From: the human T2T-CHM13v2.0 reference genome, Homo sapiens
DNA length: 64,000 bases
NCBI RefSeq assembly: GCF_009914755.1
Contig: NC_060933.1
Strand: one strand, 5' to 3'
Numbering within the stretch: the first letter of the stretch is position 1; every line of letters begins with the position of its first letter. This document shows, piece by piece, positions 58,414 through 64,000 of the stretch. The translations under genes and the position numbers were made by a program. The notes beneath the pieces were generated by a model. The model was not told where the DNA came from. It was given only the letters and a program-made list of their open reading frames with translations, and made no database searches.

Positions 58414-60559
58414 TCAACAAGTCTCCAGGGAGTTCCAAACTTTCCTACATTTTCCTGTCTAATTCTGGGCCCTCCAAACTGTTCCCACCTCTGCCTATTA
58501 CCCAGTTCCAAAGTCGCTTTCACATTTTCGGGTATCTTTTCAGCAGTGCCCCACTCTATTGGTACCAATTTACCGTACTAGTCCATTTCACGCTGCTGAT
58601 AAAGACATATTTGAGACTTGGCCATTTATAAAAAAAAGAGGTTTAATGGACTTACAGTTCCACGTGGCTGGGGAGGCCTCACAATCATGATGGAAGGCAA
58701 GAAGGAGCAAGTCATGTCTTACATGGCTGGCAGCAGGCAAAGAGAGAGCTTGTGCAGGGGAAACTCCAGTATTTAAAATCATCAGATCTCATGAGACTTA
58801 TTCATGATCACGAGAATAGCAAGGGAAAGACCTGCCGCCATGATTCAATTACCTACCACTGGGTCCCTCCCACAACACGTAGGAATTCAAGATGAGATTT
58901 GGGTGGGGACACAGCCAAACCACATCACTGGGTAATTTATAAAGAAAAGAGTTTTATTTGGCTCATAGTTCTGCAGACTGTACAAGAAGCATGGCACCAG
59001 CACCTGCATCTGGGGAGGACCTCAGGCTGCTTCTGCTCAAGGCAGAAGGCAAAGGGAAGCAGGCACCACATGGCAAGAGAGGAAGGAAGAAAGAGGGGAG
59101 GAAGGTGCCAGGCTTTTTTTTTTTTTTTTTTAAACAATTAGTTCTCTCAGGGACTAACAGAGCGCGAATGCACTCATTACTGGAGGAGGAAACCAAGCCA
59201 TTCATAAGGGATCTGCTCCCATGACCCAAACACCTCCCATTAGGCTCCACCTCCAACACTTGGGGTCAAATTTCAACATGAGACTTGGCAAGGCCAAACA
59301 AACCATATCCAAACCATAGCAGTTGCTTTACATAGCAAAGGGAAGGTTGCAGATGAAATTATTGTGGCTGATCAGCTGACTTTAAGATAAGGAGATTAGC
59401 CTGGATTATCCAAGTGGGCCCAATGTAATCACAAGTGTCCTTAAAGTTGAAGGAGGCAGAGGAGGTCAGAGTGATGCAAAGTGAGATGGACCTGATCCCT
59501 GCTGCTGCGTGGGAGGATGGAGTAACAGGACACAAGCCAAGGAATGCATGTGGGACCATCCTGGAAAAGACAAGAAAACGGACACTCCCCTAGAGCCTCC
59601 AAGAAAAGAATGTAGCCCCAGTGACACTTGGGTTTTGACCAGTAAGACCAGTTCATACTTCTGACCTCCAGATGTCTCCAATGGTTTAAGTTACTAAACT
59701 TGTGGTAATACGTTACAGCAGCAATAGGAAATGAACACACTCTTTTCTGGTTCTGCTCACTGTTCTCCTTTCAGGCCTGGGGAGGAAACAGACTGTCTTC
59801 TACCACATCATGAAATCTCCTTGGTGGTTTCCATACCCATGCCTTTGGAGACAGCTTCTTTAAACCCTACTCTAGAGTATTTTGAGTGTGCCCTTGTTGG
59901 AATTTGGAATCATGTATCCCTCCTACCTTATCATTTGGCTTTTTCCCCATCAAAAAGAAAATTAACACCTTTTCACCTACTAAAAGAAAATTAACCCCTT
60001 TTCACCCTAAGCTGCAAACGGAGTCAAATTTATTAAAACCTAGAATGACTCCACATTTGTCAGTAATCTATGAATTTCTTTTAACTTAACAAACAGCTCA
60101 CTCCGCTCTTCCATACTTCTTTTCCTACCTGAAAGGCCACTGAGGCCAATCATCAGATCAAGAGTCAGTATAAAGTGAGTTCAAAATGATGGCATTTAGT
60201 GAATACTTTTTTCAGAATATCATTTCAAGAAACTACATGTGACTTACAGTACTATGGGAATAAAGAGTCATTTTTCTCATCCTTACCTATGTGATTTTAT
60301 GAAATTACTAAACTCATGCAGTAAGAAAGCTATCTGTATCACATAATCTGTATCCTGAAACTTTAGGAAATTTCTGACTAGGTTAGATATCAGCCTTTGT
60401 CAGATAAATGTTATTTCAAAGCAACCCAATTAAACATTGTAAATACCAAGGAGCAAAGTCCATGGAGCTGTTATATGTAAAGAGCAGCATCACCAACCAC
60501 GTGACAAATTTAATTGCTGGAGAGAGGTGGCTGAGTGGTCAGTAAGCAGTAGCAAGGAG

Positions 60560-60741
60560 TGGCTAGGAACATGCCTGACCACAAGGTGTTCAGAGTTCCA
60601 GGCCCAGCTCTGCCAGTCACAGTCTCTCTGTCCCGTGGCAAGTCAATCCTTTCTCTGGATCTCAGCTTTCTTTCACCCGTAAAAAAGGAAATTAGGTCTC
60701 CTTAAAAATCACTCCATCTCTCGTGTTGTATGAGTCTATGA
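60560..60741 (+). mobile_element. MIR (MIR3-like) SINE
   Basis: gttccaggcccagctctgcca...ggcaagtca...ctctggatctcagc...tatgagtctatga. Confidence 0.7.
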
Positions 60742-60829
60742 AGTACTGAGTTGGCAAGTGCTGCAAAATGGTAATACAGAGTTGGGTGAGGCTGATTATA
60801 ATTAGTTGTAGCAATGCTCACTAAAGCTT

Positions 60830-61015
60830 TCACTGAGTCAATGGTTACTAAAGATTTACTCTGTGCTGGCTACAGTTTCCAGTGCTAGGAATATAATGAT
60901 TAAGATACAGTAACCCTATCCTTGAAGAACTTACTGTTAAGAAGAGGAACAGATATTAAACTGAGAAAGTTGCTATAATAGATGTTTACATGAAGTTCAG
61001 TGAGGACACAGACAA
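60830..61015 (-). mobile_element. L2 3' fragment
   Basis: tactctgtgctgg...gtgctaggaatata...ccctatccttgaagaacttac. Confidence 0.6.
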
Positions 61016-61140
61016 TTGTGTTTCATTCTAATATTCCTAGAAAGAAAGAAGCAACCATACTTGATGAATTCTGCTTCATAATATTTATCACTAGCTGGTA
61101 GAATAAAGTTGGGCAGTGATTTAAAAAAAACAAAAATTTA

Positions 61141-61410
61141 GGCCGGGTGTGGTGGCTCACACCTGTAATCCCAGCACTTTGGTAGGCCAAGGCGGGCAGA
61201 TCATTTGAGGTCAGGAGCTCCAGACCAGCCTGGCCAACATGGTGAAGCCCCATCTCTATTAAAATACAAAAATTAGCTGGGTGTGGTGGCAGGTGCCTGT
61301 AATCCCAGCTACTTGGGAGGCTGAGGCAAGAGAATGGCTTGAACCCAGGAGGCGGAGGTTGCAGTAAGCTGAGTACTGTCTCAAAAAATAAATAAATAAT
61401 TAAAAATTAA
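61141..61410 (+). mobile_element. AluSx-like element with a ~40-nt deletion near the 3' end
   Basis: gcagtaagctgag joins directly to tactgtctcaaaaa. Confidence 0.92.
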
Positions 61411-62029
61411 AAATTAAAACTAAACCAAATCATCACAGCTAAGACGGTTACTTGTGATATCTTGTCAGTCTTTACCAAAAGCTATAGCTGAGTAAATTAC
61501 CAAATTATCAGTTGCATGTACTAATCATACTGATGGACAAAATAACCCAATCAGGAGTACTTCTCTAGAAATTTCACACAGTAACTTTAGATGCATACAG
61601 CAATGAGTTATAAAAAGAATATAAAAATAACAACTGAGTAGTTCTTGAAATGCAAATTAAACAACACTATCTTGAGTTGAAAATGAATGTAAGCTTGGAA
61701 ATTAGCTGTTATAAAATTTGGCCAATATTTTGTCTAAATTAAAATACAAACTTTTTAAATGAAGGTATATAAAGTTATGATTTTTATTAAAAGACAGTCG
61801 TCATCTGGAGTTTATTATTTTCTATAGTTAGTTAATGTACTGTCTTTAAAGAAATATATTTATGCTTTGCATCTTAAACTGAGAATTAAAAAGATGTTTC
61901 CCTACTGAATTTTAAAGTAGGTAGTTACTGAGCATGAAAAATGTACCAGTTGAAAAGAGAGCTCCTTTAGTAAGACAGAGTGTGTTCTGAACATCCTTTC
62001 TACATTTATCACTGTTCAGAGATCAATTG

Positions 62030-62462
62030 CATCATCTTCCCTACCCTTCACTTTAAGAAGCAGCTCAAACTCCATCTCTTTGCCTGAGCATCCCAGCTAC
62101 AATGCCCCTGGCCCCCACTTCCCCCCGCCTTGGGAACTCTCCTGGACTCTCAAAGAGTGCTCACTGTGCTACTCACTGGAGCCAATCAACAGAGGACTTT
62201 TTTTATTGTTTGAAAAATTCATTTGTATTCCCTCAACTAAATGAAAAATTATATAGAAGCCTGGACCAGATCCCCAAATTACTGTTTTCCTTTTCTAAAC
62301 TGTAATACTTCCAACTTATATTACTTTGCTCCTTGTAAACCACTTAAAATCCTCTTGGATCAAGGCAAAGTAGAAAAACAAAATTAAAGATTTCCAAAAA
62401 GGACCAGGGCTGTGCCCTAAATATATGGTAGAGTCTTAATAAAACATTATTAAGTGATTGAT
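62030..62462 (+). mobile_element. Diverged L2 3' fragments
   Basis: cagctcaaactccatctct...; ends ggtagagtcttaataaaacattattaagtgattga. Confidence 0.5.
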
Positions 62463-63460
62463 TTAAAATTTTGCAGTCAAATCATAATTTATTAAGATTA
62501 TACACTCATCTGAAACAAACTCCAAAGTGTGTGAATGAAGTAAAGTCAAGCAGAAGGAGAGCATGCTTGGGCTTAAACCCAGGCACCAATCCTTCTGTAT
62601 GCAGCCCTCAGGAAGAGCAACAGTAACTGTGTATGGAAGCATCACATGCAAGTACATATGTGCAGGAGAACAATCCAGACTCTCAATTGCAGTCCTTTCT
62701 AAGAAGTGAGGTTGCACACCATTAAGAGCTGGCCCATCCAATATGGATTATTCCCAATCATAGTATTATGGAAGAGGACTAGAGACAGGTGTAAAAGGAC
62801 ATGCAGGAATAAAGCTTTTCAAAGGCCACATCATCATTAATCCCCTTTAGAAGAACTCAAATATGCTATGAGCAAAACAACTTATCAAACTTGACAAATA
62901 ATTTAGCTTTGCAATGTAAAATTTACCATATCAGCCCTCCCTGACCTCAGTAGAGCCAATTTTGCTTAAGAGTAGTCAATTATATGCATCTGTGATCATC
63001 CCTTGTCATAGATGCAATAAGGAGAAGCATCAGCATATACTGGAATATACTTTAGACTTTATAAGTACATGTGCATATCACAGCATATAGCATATGAATA
63101 TAGTATTCCTCTGTGTATCCTAAACAACAGACATATACTTAGTAATAGAAATAATAGCAAATGGTTACACTTTTCAAAATAACCTACTCCATCCAATACA
63201 AACATTCTTGGTGTTCAGTATTAATGGTCACATTTTGTACATGTGCAATAATCCTTTTCAAGCAAAAGGCCAACCTTTGTTGAAACAGACCAAACATTAT
63301 GAATCATGAATAAGAGGATATTTAATGATCTGTGGCATGGTTTGATTAATGGACTTACCTTTAATAAGGAAGCAGTTTATTAAATTTCTTCTGGAATGAT
63401 GACATTTCCCAAAATCAGCTTTAAATATAAAATTTAATTCTTTGAGAAATATGAATGCTT

Positions 63461-63978
<518 letters not shown>

Positions 63979-64000
63979 TTATATTTAGGGACTCAGTCAA

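Overview
Primate (very likely human) genomic DNA from inside the GNAQ gene (G-alpha-q), which runs on the minus strand. The only convincing coding sequence is one 155-nt exon at 10538-10692 ([56 protein letters not shown] exon 3, codons 108-159). It is absent from the ORF track. The rest is intron 3 (1-10537) and part of the large intron 2 (10693-64000), filled with about 20 Alus, MIR/L2/L1 relics, hAT and Tigger DNA-transposon fossils, MaLR LTR elements and microsatellites. The long ORFs in the track are repeat or low-complexity artefacts. There are no RNA genes, CRISPR arrays or CpG island, and I found no demonstrable new biological system. The best lead is that three THE1 LTRs lie in the same orientation as GNAQ, each with an ATG plus a GT donor in frame with phase-0 exon 3, and one keeps an intact DUX4-type site. 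They could make an N-terminally truncated G-alpha-q. Other observations: a four-layer nested MLT1>MSTB>THE1B>Alu insertion with its TSDs, a 79-nt poison-exon candidate, a duplicated Alu arm, a hAT transposase fossil and a bZIP motif cluster. Repeat subfamily names come from remembered consensus sequences and need RepeatMasker/Dfam confirmation.
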